Positions 26,678 through 38,700 of a DNA stretch of 64,000 nucleotides are shown here, piece after piece; position 1 is the first letter of the stretch, and each line of letters opens with the position of its first letter. Origin of the DNA: Monocercomonoides exilis PA203. Lineage: Eukaryota > Protista > Preaxostyla. Under the pieces are notes generated by a model. It was not told the origin of the DNA, did no database searches, and worked only from the letters and a program-made list of their open reading frames with translations. Location: contig LSRY02000032.1 of NCBI GenBank assembly GCA_001643675.2, positions 930,001-994,000 of the forward strand, given 5' to 3'. The translations under genes were made by a program, and so were the position numbers.

Positions 26678-27241
26678 AAGCGCTTTTTAAAATGTTAAAT
26701 GAGTAACTCAGGAATAAATATAATATTGAATAAAGGGGGAAAAAATGAGAATTTTTTGAATTCGAAAAATTCTATGTTTATTGATTTGCTTTTATGTTAC
26801 AATAATATTTTTGTGGAAAAAAAGTTTTATGTTAATTTATGACATAGCATGATTTTGAAATTTTCGTATCATTATTATTTTTTCATTATCTTTAATATTT
26901 GAAAGAAAGCACAAACTTAAGCGCTTCTAAATTTCTACTTCACACAAAACTTGAAAGAGCTCGAGTTGAAGGAAACATTTTTTCAACTTCAAATTTCTTT
27001 AATCAAAGACTTTCATTTTCGAACTTTCCAATGAATGTTGGTCATTCTGTGAAACAATTAGTACACCAATGCAGAAGGATCTGATTAACTGTAACCTTTC
27101 GACCGAATCAATTTTCTGTTTAAAAAAAGAAAAAATATTCAAAATCAAAAAACTGTATTTAAGCTAACAAGAAGAACAAAAAAAGATTACGAACTGCTTG
27201 GGAATAGATTGTGAAATGATGACATGGAGTGTGAGTTATTT

Positions 27242-29831
27242 CTATTGTGTATCCCACAACTGTAATAGCATTTTCTTAATCAACCTGGCTTCGTCGCTGA
27301 CTGTTACAGGTTTCTTTTTCATCATTGTTGTGGAACCTCCATCTTCTCCATCCTTCCTTTTCCCCATTGAGCTGCTTCCTCTTTCACCAGGGCGTCTTCT
27401 CTTATCTCCGGAAGCACTGCCAATGCCACCTGGCCTTGTTGAACGTGACGAAGAAAGAGGAGATGTTGATGACGACGATGACGACGATCCGCTCTCTCCA
27501 CCAACAGACAGCAGATCATTCTCTTTTCCTTTTCCAGTGTATTCACCTTCATATATCTCTGCTGCTGCCACATCTCCATTCTCCGCAAACATTTCTCTTC
27601 CGTGTCGATCGACTTGATCCAAGAAGCGAATGATCTGCTGTTGTGTTTCTTCCTTCAATGCAATCTGGTGTTTCGCAAAGCATTCGCACATGTATGCAAA
27701 GTTCCTCTTTGCATAGAACCAAGTTCCCGGATTCAGCTTCTTCTCAACTGGATGGAAAGATTTGATCGTTCTGGCAATTCCAAACTCGAATGTGCGACGC
27801 GAGCAGTAAAGCGTGCCAATGACCAAGTCAATGATGCACTGGTGCAGCACTGGCTTCTCAGGATCACGAATCAGTGCGTTTTCTTCTTCTTTGTCAACTC
27901 TCATAATTATCTCCTCACCTTCTCCATTCTGCTCGCCCATAACATAGCAAACACATAGATTAGCCAGCACAATAGGAGTTACATCGAGAATTGATGTCTC
28001 CTGCTGCCTCTCAACAATTTTGTCATACATGGTTAAGGCAACTTTGTACTGCTCCTGCACAAACAGCGTGTGCGCCAAATTCAGCTGGAACGCCATCTCG
28101 TCTTCGCACACCTCGCGGCAACTTTGCAGAACTCTTGCTGTTTGTGGATACTTCTTCAGATCCCAGAAGATCTTCGCCATTGACATCATCGATGCCATGT
28201 ATACCTGCACCGCCCGCTCCTGCTCCTTCACCGCAAACGTAGCTTGCTCCGTTCCGATCCCATTCCGCAGCTCTTGAAACGTCTTTGTTGCTCGTTTAAC
28301 ATCATCCAGTTGCTTTGCTGACAATGCCTGGAACAGACGGTAGCCCTCAAACCCATTTGACTGTGCCACAATTGATGCCTCCACAAACTCGCGCAGCTGA
28401 GGATCAAGATCTACTCCAGTCAGCTGCACTCCTCCAGAAAGCACAACAGACTCTGCAGCCGTCATCGGCACTGTTCCCATCCGAAGCGCTGTCGATGGAA
28501 CAACACCCGTCGCCAGACGCAACCCAGCTCCACCAAAGGTCGTTCCATTTCCGCCGATGCGCCCCCATCCACCGCTAAGCTTTGTGGACCCTTGGCGCTC
28601 GGCCTGGAGCAGCTCGCCTGCTCGTTCGTAGTCTCCAACTTTGCAGAGCAATATTAAGAGATTTGCGACAGTCTCCTTTGGAAACGGCGGACGTGATAGC
28701 AAAAAGAACAGCTTGTTGATTGCGTTGTCTGTGTCGTCGTCTACATTGAGAATGGCTGTGTTGTGAAGTGTGACATGATCAAGCTCGTATTCTTCTCTCA
28801 TTGGCATCTCGTCCAGCGCATCCTTTGCTTTATCATCTGAAAAATAAAATAGTTAAAAAAATAATTGATTTTTATACCACAAAGCGAAGGAGATATGTTC
28901 ATGAAATTACAGGGTTATTATTCTTTTTATAAATTCATAATAAACACACAGTTTTTCAACGAATATTCTATTGCAGCTTTGAGATTTAATGCTTCAATCA
29001 GCATTGAATCCTTTAAAAATTCAGGATCGAAAGGAATTTGATCAGAAACTGCTCCCATGTATCCTCGTGTTTCTTATCGGTTAAAAAAAAAATAAATTGA
29101 ATTATTTTTATTTAAACAATAAAAACCTTGATAATCTCTTGTTGCTTTCTCTTGAATATCTTCAATGGATTTCAAAGACATCACGTATTGTTTCATCATA
29201 AAGTGGCAGAGGGCAATGTTATATGCAACATGAGGAAGATATCCTCCACTCGTAATTGTTTCAATCAACAGTTGGGTGGCTCGATCATATTTTTGTTGTT
29301 TCATTAAAATGGCTGCTTCTGTAATCTTCGTATTTGGATCCTCGTCTGAACATTGATTTTGTATTATGTCAGTTGCTCCAGCATATTCTTGCTTTTCATA
29401 TTTAATGGTTGCGTGCAAAAGATGAAGCTGATGAGAAAATTGAGTGTCGTCTTCACTTGCAGCAAATCTGCTTGCAAAGCATGCTCTTTCCGCTTCTTCA
29501 AATTTTCCAGCTTTATATAATGATTTTATATATGAAAGGCGGTAATCTTTTACAGTAGGAAATTGATTCATAAGATTTTCATAACTAAAAAAATACATCA
29601 GTACGTCTCAAATTATATTTTGAAAAAAAGAATGTGAAAGTACTCTTCAGCAGCTTGCTCAAATTCTTCTGAAGCATATCTGCAATATGCAATCAGAGAA
29701 TTAGCAGCACGACTTCGAGGGAATTGTGTTTTCATTCGTGATAATATTCCAATTGCTTCTTTAAATTTTTGTTCTTGAATCAAAGTGTATACTTGCTGTG
29801 TTAAACTAGCGCTTGATGATAATCTTGACAT
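27242..29831 (-). CDS. IFT70: Intraflagellar transport protein IFT70/TTC30 (fleer); exons 29831-29644, 29584-29127, 29072-28950, 28836-27242
   Basis: TPR protein with TTC30 signatures SRAANSLIAYC, EALNLKAAIEY (exon 3, not in the ORF track), ELDHVTLHN, PPFPKET, IVLANLCVCY, CIIDLVIGTLYC and TWFYAKR. Three GT-AG introns keep the frame. Confidence 0.93.
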
Positions 29832-30168
29832 TCTTGTTTTTTGAAAGGAAAATTTAAAACGGTTATCTTCAATGATCTATTATCCCAACATCATAATGAG
29901 CAGGAAACAAGAAAAAAATATTTGAAAAGTTTATTATTGATTTTAGACTTATATCTTTTTTATGAAGTTGATGAGGAAACACCATTTTTCGAATTTGCTC
30001 AACTTGCATTTCTATTCTGATTTTCAATTTTTCAATAAAGTCGGTTTTCATTTTTTCCAAGAATCTGAAATCATTTGCATGGTTTTATAATTTTCGATTT
30101 GAGGTGCAAAAAATAAATTTATTTGTTTGTGACTTATTAGACATCTCCTGATCGTTTTTTTCATAAAA

Positions 30169-30720
30169 TTGATAACCTCTACAAATTATGGAGGCTCTGT
30201 CATTTACAGAAATGCAATATTCAACTGGAATAATAATTTAAAATTCATGGCATTCTGCTTCTTCGATGATAATGCAGCAACTTATGGCAGTGTAAACGAT
30301 GCATTCTTTTTCGGAAGTGATATAGCCCAATCTCCATTCGAAAATTGCAGATCAACAACCACAACGAAAAGAGTCTCGAATACAGAAGAAGAAGAAGATG
30401 TTGAGCTCAACAAATGGCCTTCTTTCAAAACAACATACAAAATCATGTCAAATAATGGGACTAACACCAATCTCTGCAGAATCACACAACTCAGTCCATG
30501 CAAAACAATTGAATTCGCTCTTGTTCGCATGACAGATTTCCAAAACGCCTCTCTCACCCTCCTCATCTCAACATTTGTCCCTCTTCGGGCACTCGCCTTC
30601 AGCACTTCCGATGCAAAAATTACTGGAAATAACAATCTCTTTTCTAATTTCCTTGTAGTTTTTTTTTTCATTTTCAGAGAAAAAAATATAAAACTATTCT
30701 CAATCGTCTCATCTTATTGA
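30169..30720 (+). pseudogene. Fragment of the GGA-repeat surface-protein family
   Basis: Degenerate family motifs (GGSVIY, FFDDNAATYG, NGTNTNLCRITQLSPCKTIEFAL); no signal peptide or TM anchor; truncated. Confidence 0.6.
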
Positions 30721-31261
30721 GATATCTTCTATGTCATTCAAAATGCTTGGGCTTCATCTCCTTATCAACAGGAGTGCATTTCATCATATATTTTTCAGAA
30801 AGCGTGGTGTCCGCTCAGATAAGAAAAAAATGCATTTTCGTTTCATCATTAAATATCTCTTCTTTATCAAACGTTAACTGAGCTCATAAGAAAATAATAT
30901 TATTTTTTTTTATCTTCAAAAATTATTTATTCGATAAAGTCATCTTCACTTTTAAAATAAAAAATAAAAAATAAAATTAAATAAAAATAAAAATAAAAAT
31001 AATATAGGGCTATAATTTTATCTTGACCTTTTTTCTTTATCTAGACCTTTTTCTTTTTTGTCATGCTTTTAGTTTTGCACAAGCCTGCGATAAATAAAAA
31101 ATAACCAGAAATGTTTGAAATGTTTTATTTTCCTTATTCTGTATTTTTTTTTCAATATTTCATGTTTCACAAAAAGATCGAGGATAATAATAATTTTATG
31201 TTTTGATCATTGACTTGCTGCTATTCCAGCAAATATTTTTTATTAAAAGTTTTCAGCTTTC

Positions 31262-32477
31262 ATATGGGTGATTCTTTTTGAAAAGTCACAAATGTTTAGG
31301 GTCAGTAATTTATCATATCCCCCTTTTTTTTATCGGGACCTAAATTTTCTGGCTCTCAAGAGCGCTTTTAGAAAAAAATAAATAACAGAAAATTATTAAT
31401 ATATTATTATAAGCTATTCCTGAAAATATTTTTTCATATTTTTATTTTAGTGAAAAGATCTGGTGTTTTTTGTTTTATTTTTCAGATCAAAGACTTGCTC
31501 GTATTTTCACGAGCTTTTTGTTTTGAGATTTTTAAGTGTTGTTTTTGTTATTGAACATAACTTCTTTATAATTTTGGTTATTTTTCATTGTTTAACACTT
31601 CGTTTTTTTATTATTTTTTTCATTTCACTAAATTTCGATAAAATTTAAAATAAATTGTGAAATTAGAGTTACCATGTTTTTATTCATTGAAGAATAGTTA
31701 AAAAACTGATTGTTATGTTTATCACCAAAATTTTGAAATGAAAAAATATGATTTGAAGTTAAAAACACAAAAATACACAAAAACATGTTTATTTTAATAA
31801 TAATCACGATCATTGAAAATTGAAGATTTTCTTTTTTATGATATCCGTTATTTGTTGATAATTTACATCCTTACCATTTTGAATAAACGAAAAAACTTAT
31901 TTTTTCAAATGTATTCTTCATTTTATCGAAATTTAGTGAAATGAAAAAAATAATAAAAAAACGAAGTGTTAAACAATGAAAAATAACCAAAATTATAAAG
32001 AAGTTATGTTCAATAACAAAAACAACACTTAAAAATCTCAAAACAAAAAGCTCGTGAAAATACGAGCAAGTCTTTGATCTGAAAAATAAAACAAAAAACA
32101 CCAGATCTTTTCACTAAAATAAAAATATGAAAAAATATTTTCAGGAATAGCTTATAATAATATATTAATAATTTTCTGTTATTTATTTTTTTCTAAAAGC
32201 GCTCTTGAGAGCCAGAAAATTTAGGTCCCGATAAAAAAAAGGGGATATGATAAATTACTGACCCTAATATTCAAATAAATCAAAAATTTCATATCTTAAT
32301 CAAATTTCGGTTCCCGCTCATGTAACTTTACAAAAGCGGAGGACATAATTTGACAATGCTATTTAACACATTCCTGTGAAGTTGCATGAGTGGGAACCGA
32401 AATTTGATCAAGATATGAAATTTTTGATTTATTTTAATATTAAACATTTGTGACTTTTCAAAAAGAATCACCCATAT
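31262..32477. mobile_element. Young foldback element with ~380-bp near-perfect inverted arms and a 275-bp spacer
   Basis: 31262-31644 is the reverse complement of 31920-32477 once the 174-bp insert and its TA duplication are removed. This explains the identical mirror ORFs 31463+ and 32101-. Confidence 0.9.
32267..32440. mobile_element. 174-bp MITE with 66-bp TIRs and TA target-site duplication
   Basis: TIRs 32267-32332 and 32375-32440 (5 mismatches), TA at 32265-66 and 32441-42. The empty site (ACCCTAAACATTTG) is preserved in the opposite arm at ~31289-31302. Confidence 0.9.
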
Positions 32478-33376
32478 CGTAATACATTGTTTCTTTTTTA
32501 TATGATTTAGTTGTTTTATGCTTTCTCGACTTGTTTTTTAACACTTTTTCTCATTTCATACATTTTTTTAAAAAACACGATTTCAGAGACATGCATCCAT
32601 TTGTTTTAAAATTTAATGAAATGAAATAAAAACAAATTTGAAATGAAATGATATCTCAAAGAAAAAACATTAAAATATTTGGATATGACGAACAATTTTC
32701 AGATCAAAATTTTTATATGTTCTGCCATTTCGCTTCAAATTCTTATTCAATTCTTTTTCATTTCAAAATTAAATAAAAATATACAATAAATAACACCTTG
32801 TTTTTATTTTTTATGTGATTAAAAATTTACACAAATTCATATTTGTTCCGAAAATCGTGTTTTAAGCAAAAACAGTGAAATGAGAAAAAAAGGTTAAAAA
32901 TTTAATTAAAAAAGTCAAAAACAAGTAAAAATAGTAATATAGGAATGCGGAATTATGATGCTATGGCTTAAAACGTTCAGTATGAAATATTCGCTTCACA
33001 GCCAGCAAGTCTTTGATCTGGGTCCTAAAATAATAAAAATTTTTAATATTTTTTTGAACATAAAAATCTCAAAAAATTTTTTAACAGAATTCTGAAAAAC
33101 AAAAATATCAAGAATTCTATTTATTTTGTTTTTGTTCTAAGCCTTTTCACAAATCAAAAAAGCAAAAATAAGTTTAAAAAAAACAGGGTCGAGATAAAAT
33201 TTTGAGGTCAAGATAAAATATGCACCCAAAAATAAAATAAAAAATTTAGGTGATAAAGAGACTTAAACAAAAATGTGTTATTATATTGTTATAACGTCTA
33301 ATAATGTTTTTAAAAAATATATATGAAAGTTTTGGATGATCACCAACAGGAAGAGAATTAAATACCGTTTAAATTA

Positions 33377-33754
33377 CAGATATCGCATTAAATACCGGAC
33401 ATCGCACAAAATACCGGACAAGATCGATTTCACAATAACTGCAAGAGGAATAATTATGACAATTTTCCTCATAATATATCTCATCAATACAAACTCTTGT
33501 GACACACAAGACTTTCAGGACAGCTTCATTTGTGCTCAGAAAAAATTATTATTGCAATCTCTGAGAAATAAGATAATGAGTTTCTCCAAGATTTTTAAAA
33601 TAGTTTTTTTCTGACCGCAAATGAAGCTATTTTCAAAGTCTCGTTTATCAAATGAGTTTTCGTTGATGAGGTATATTTTGAGGAAAATTGTCATAATTAT
33701 TCCTCTTGCAGTTATTGTGAAATCGATCTTGTCCGGTATTTTGTGCGATATCTG
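33377..33754. mobile_element. 378-bp palindromic MITE, TA-CAG...CTG-TA (Tc1/mariner-like ends)
   Basis: Arms 33377-33568 and 33581-33754 with a 12-bp loop; ~70 bp near the termini match perfectly; 19-bp tandem duplication in the left arm; flanked by TA. Confidence 0.85.
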
Positions 33755-33852
33755 TAAATTGAATCAACTTTGTAAAAATCGGTTATCCAAATGTTGAAAG
33801 CCATTTCACACTTCTCAGCTTTTTGTTATCGAAAATAAAAAAAGTGCCAATA

Positions 33853-35180
33853 CAGTCTGTCCGTAATTAATGTTGATCTGTCCGAAAATTATGTAGATCA
33901 TACCATCCTTATTAATTCAAATGATAAGCCATATTTTTTATTTATTTGATTTTGGATAAACAAAAAATTTTGAACTCAAGTGGATGATGGAGTGATAACT
34001 TTTTTTTCAGAATAGGTGTGATTAACATTGTTTGTTTTTTGTTTTCATATTGTTTATTTAAAGGTTATATTGTTCTTTAACAGAATATTTGGTAATTATC
34101 AATCTATCTAGTTGTCAATTTAACTAGAAAGAGCTCGTGAATCTGAACTCGTTTCACGAATTGAATTTTGATTCCAACAACTCAAATTGTTTAGTTTTTA
34201 TGAATATTCTATTTTTTGAAAAAAATTTTTTTTCTTGATTTTTGTTTGAATTTTGTTTTCATTTAATTCCTTTCAAACTGATATGACCAAAATTATTGCA
34301 TCAGAAAATGATAACACAATTAATAATTTGTTAATTATCGTTTAAATCTACTCTTTTAAGCTTTTCAACAAAAAATGAAACATGAAATAAATTCTTAATA
34401 AAAATCAAATCCTGAAAATGTCAAACATTGTTTAACGAATTAAAATGCAACACATAAACATAAACAACACGAGAAAATACTGGGAAAATTTATTACAAAG
34501 TAACAAAAAGTAATTGAAAAAAAAGAATCAATCAAATTTAACAATTATTACAAAAAACTGATGAAAAAAACATTCAAATGGAATAGCCTCAAAAGCCTGA
34601 TTCATGTTTTACGCAACTCAAATTAAAAACTTCCTTTTTCTGTTTTATGATAATCAAATGAAATAGTTCTATTTTCACCCCCTTTCCAATTGATTTTCCA
34701 TTCAAAAAAGATGAATATAAAAGATAAAAAACAACGGATCTAAAACAAACTTCATGAAATTGCGACTTCATGAATTTATTGCAGCATTTATTCTGTGAAA
34801 ATTCGTAAACACATTTTCTCATTTTGCAACATACTTGACTTCAATTTTGTGATAAACGCTTGCTTTGTCAACTTCTCATTTGTTCTCTTTCGTTATTTCA
34901 CTTATTCTGCTTTGTTTGAAATATATTAAAAAAGAAATAGAATCACAAATTAAATTTATTGATAAATGTAATGAAATGAAATGAATAACAATTTGGAAAC
35001 CTTTCCTAATCAATTACTTGATGATATAAGAACACAATCAACATTTCAAAAAACACATGAGTAACTTAGAATAGAGCGACAATTCTCGTGTCATTCAATA
35101 TTGGGTGTTCGATTTTAGTACTGTTGATGGTATGATCAACATTATTTTCGGACAGATCAACATTAATTACGGACAGACTG
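33853..35180. mobile_element. 1328-bp non-autonomous Tc1/mariner-like DNA transposon
   Basis: 55-bp TIRs CAGTCTGTCCGTAATTAATGTTGATCTGTCCG... at 33853-33907 and 35126-35180, TA on both flanks; no transposase ORF inside. Confidence 0.88.
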
Positions 35181-35765
35181 TAAAGGAAAAAGTCCCATTA
35201 AAAAGTTGACCCTATTGAAAAAATTCTTTCTTTTCTGTAAAAAAATAAATTCTATTTTTTTTCTATAAAAAGGTTGTTTCGGCAATAATCAAGTTCGGTG
35301 ATAATCACGAAAAATCATGCAAAATGGTTTGTGATTATAACAGAGATTTACTGTATATGCGAAAAAAAAATATTCAAATAAGGAACATTTTGTAGGAAAA
35401 TATTTAAATATATTTTCAAAAACAATAACAATCATTTTACAAAAAAGGAGAACATTCAAATAGTGATATGAAAAAGAAAAAAAATTACAATTGAAAGTAT
35501 TAATTACAAATTTGAACAACTACAAAATGGCTCGCTTTGAAAGTTAACATCAACAAAGATAGTGTGTAAATATGGTACAAATCGTCAAAAAAATTTTTAG
35601 ATGCATTTCTTGAATGATAACCGAACAAACAAATAAGCAAAATGAATTAAAAAATTATAAATATTAAAATCAAACAGATCTCAAACATAAATAGAAGAAA
35701 AATGAAATAAAACAGATACAAACAAACATTGAAACAAACAATAAATTATAACACAATGGATTCTT

Positions 35766-38700
35766 TCAGAGCATCACCACAATGACGCTCACATTATCCT
35801 GCGTTTCCAGCGCGTCTGCTGCGCTTCTCAGCCTCAGCGCAGCCAGCTCAGCCAGATGGCCTTTCGTCACACGATGGCACCTGCAGCCCACCCCTTCCAC
35901 GCCCCGTATCCCCTTTCTTCGCCTCCCAGAGGCTCTCCCCTTTTCTGCCTCGTCTTTTTCGTTCATCATTTCTGTCGCTTTGCTGCCTTTTCCTTTCTTT
36001 GCTCCTTTCGCCATCTCTTCGCTTTTCGGAGACCGATTCGATTCTTCGTTGCTTTTCCCTCCTCGCCCAGCACCAACGTTGTCAAATAACTCCAACCCGC
36101 GCTGCTCCTCGTCAAACAAAGGATCATTGAACACATCGTGGTTTCCTGACTGCGCCCACGGGCACACCAGCTCCGCAATCAGCTGGTTGTTTAGCACATC
36201 ATACACCCCATCGCAGCAGATGACGACTGCCACGTCCTCCCTCGCCCAGTTGGCGTGGGTGTACTGCGACGAGTCTGACCATTCTGTCAGCGGCGGAAAG
36301 GCCATCGACTCAAAAGTGGCGGTGAGTGAAGGAAGCGCAGCAAACGCTGCTGGCAGATAAGACGCAGACGCCAGCAGCTGCAGCCCTTCTTCGGGAGAGC
36401 ACTTGAGGATCTTTTCTGTCAGTGCATCGTAAGTGTTGCTGGTGGAGTATGTGAACGAGTCTGAGTCAAAATAGTCGTTGAACGTGGCTGGCTTTGCATT
36501 CGGATTGCGTCCAGCAGGTGGATCGTGGTTGGATGAAGGATAAGGCGCTAGTTGGAGCAGATAGCTGTCGAGTGTCTGAGCCAGGCTCTTGTCGTGGATT
36601 CGATACGACTTCTTCTTCGACTGCGGGCAAAAACGAGGCAATTTCTGCAGTACGTCCTTCGGCACCTCTTCGTCAGGGTCATATTCTGCGCCGCCTGCCT
36701 CGTGGCGCTTCCGCATCTCCTCTTCGATGCGCAGCTGCTCCTCATAAATGTCTGGCTCGTCGTTGTCGTCGGGAATAGCTACATCCTCCGTGCGCACTGC
36801 ATTCACCACGCGCCTTGCCCGCTCAGGGCGGCAGCCGATGTGCAGCCCGCTCCATCTGTTGAGTGCCATGCAGTAGACATCAGGGTCTGCACAGATGGCG
36901 CTGTTGTCTTTGTCCCCCATCGCCCGCCCCACCGCCAAGATGCCATTCACTCTGCGGTCGCCGTTCAAAAAGCCTCCAACGCTCTTGATGTAGTTCAGCT
37001 CTCGCTTCACGTACGGCTTGTGGTCGAAGGTGAGGTTTTTGCTGGCGACATACACACCCAACGGCATCTCGGGGTAGATGTGGGGCTGGAGATAGGAGGT
37101 GGGAGGTGGGTCGTAGTATTTGATGTCTGAGGATTTAGATGTGATTGAAGAAGAAGAGGAAGTGCTTGTGGAAGAAACAGAAGAAGAAGAAGAAGAGGAA
37201 GAGGAAGAAGAAGGAGATGAAGATTTGGAAGGTAGCACGTATGGTTGAGGTGATTCGAGAGGGACAGGTGAGGCGAATGTGTAAGAGTGGATAAGGCCAG
37301 GAAGAGTGGAGACGCGGCTGTTGTGGAAGAGAGTGGGGCAGAAACAGGATGGCACAGTGACTGCCAATGAAGAAGAAGAGGAGGAGGATGAAAGAGCAAG
37401 AGATGAAGAGGATGAAGATGAAGAAATTGCCAGAGAAAGAGAAGAGGTTGACTCAGAAAGTGTTGTTGAAGATATTGCGAGTGGAGAAGGTCTAACAATA
37501 TTATTATTATTATTTGAAGATAAGGGTGAAGAGAATGAAGTAGGAGAAGAAGCGAGTCTTGGAGAAAGCTGTGAAGGAGAAGCAGCCATCGGTGTGAGCG
37601 ACGAGGTTGAGGCAGATGGGCTGAAGAGGCCAGACATCAGCCTCTCACTTCTGACAGAATTGCCTCTTCCGCCGAGTGTGTTTGACGTCGCATGCCCCGT
37701 CAGCGGCATCGCAACCATCCTCTTCTTCTCTTTTCCTGTGCCGAAGATGCGTCTGTCGTGGAAGCGGGAGACAAGCACAGCGCGGCTGTCGCCCACGTTT
37801 GCAGTGAAGACGCGGGTGGGAGTGATCACTGCAGCCACTGCACACGCCCCGTCAGGCACAAGAAGCTTGTCGAGCTTGTCGGCAAGCAGATTGAACGTCT
37901 TCTCCAAAAGCTGAGAGAGGAAGGGGCGCTTGGCATCGCCAGGGGTTTGTGGAACAGAAGAAGAAGAAGAAGAAGAAGAAGAAGCATCATTTGTGTCTGT
38001 TTGAGGAGATGCACCGAAGTTCAGAGACTTTATCGACAGCCCAGAAGCATTCATTTGAGGGAATCCCATCCTCTCCTGTGCTCTGATCAGATGTGAATAC
38101 TCTGCCAGCTGTCTAATCTTCTCGTCTCTTTCTCTTCGGATCCTCCTTCTCTTCTCGCTCTCCTTCTCAGCCACCAGCAGAAATGCCTCCACAAAGTGTG
38201 CTGACAGGAAGTTGGCTGTGGTTGGACCGTGATGCCCATCAAACACACAGAAGAGTCCACAGCCGTTGATGTTCGGGTGGAAGTAAGGGCAGGGATTGTG
38301 CTTGATCAGCTCGTTCAGATGGCGCTGCACGACAGAAGGAGAAACCTCCTGTGCAAGTGGCGAGCCTGCTCCAAAGGGGGCGATGGCAAGCGACGCCTTC
38401 GACGCACTCAGCGAATTTGACAGGCCGACAAACGCGGGAGACGCTAAATAGCCGCTCTGAGCAGCGATCTCAGCTGTTGCCAGCTCGACTGCTTTTGCTT
38501 TGAGCGCCTCTCTCATCCGCCCTTTCCAGATGCTCTGCTCGCGAGCATTCATCGCCCGCATCCCGTCCACCGTCATCCGCAGCTCCTGAGGGTATCTCAG
38601 AATTCTCCGGAGAATTCCTATTTCTCCGTCGCACACTAGCGCCTCAATATCCCACCCACCAACAGGAATAAGCAGCACCGCGTCTTCCATCGAAGGTCTT

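Larger units (their letters stand above)
31007..33227. mobile_element. Old non-autonomous TIR element (GGG...CCC termini, Mutator/foldback-like) hosting nested elements
   Basis: 41-bp imperfect TIRs at 31007-31047 and 33187-33227, each with a doubled TTTATCT(T/A/C)GACC motif. Degenerate inverted similarity extends ~215 bp to the GATCA.AGACTTGCTG motifs at ~31205 and ~33003. Confidence 0.65.

Noticed and set aside
31463-32101. Two identical hydrophobic ORFs on opposite strands
   Set aside because: Artefact of the inverted repeat; GTG starts in T-rich non-coding DNA.
34589-34822. Possible transposase remnant inside the 1328-bp element
   Set aside because: No HTH or DDE motif recognisable in the frames inspected.
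31007-35180. CRISPR array or structural RNA gene
   Set aside because: Repeats are inverted with TA/TIR hallmarks rather than regularly spaced direct repeats; no tRNA or rRNA signatures seen in the window.
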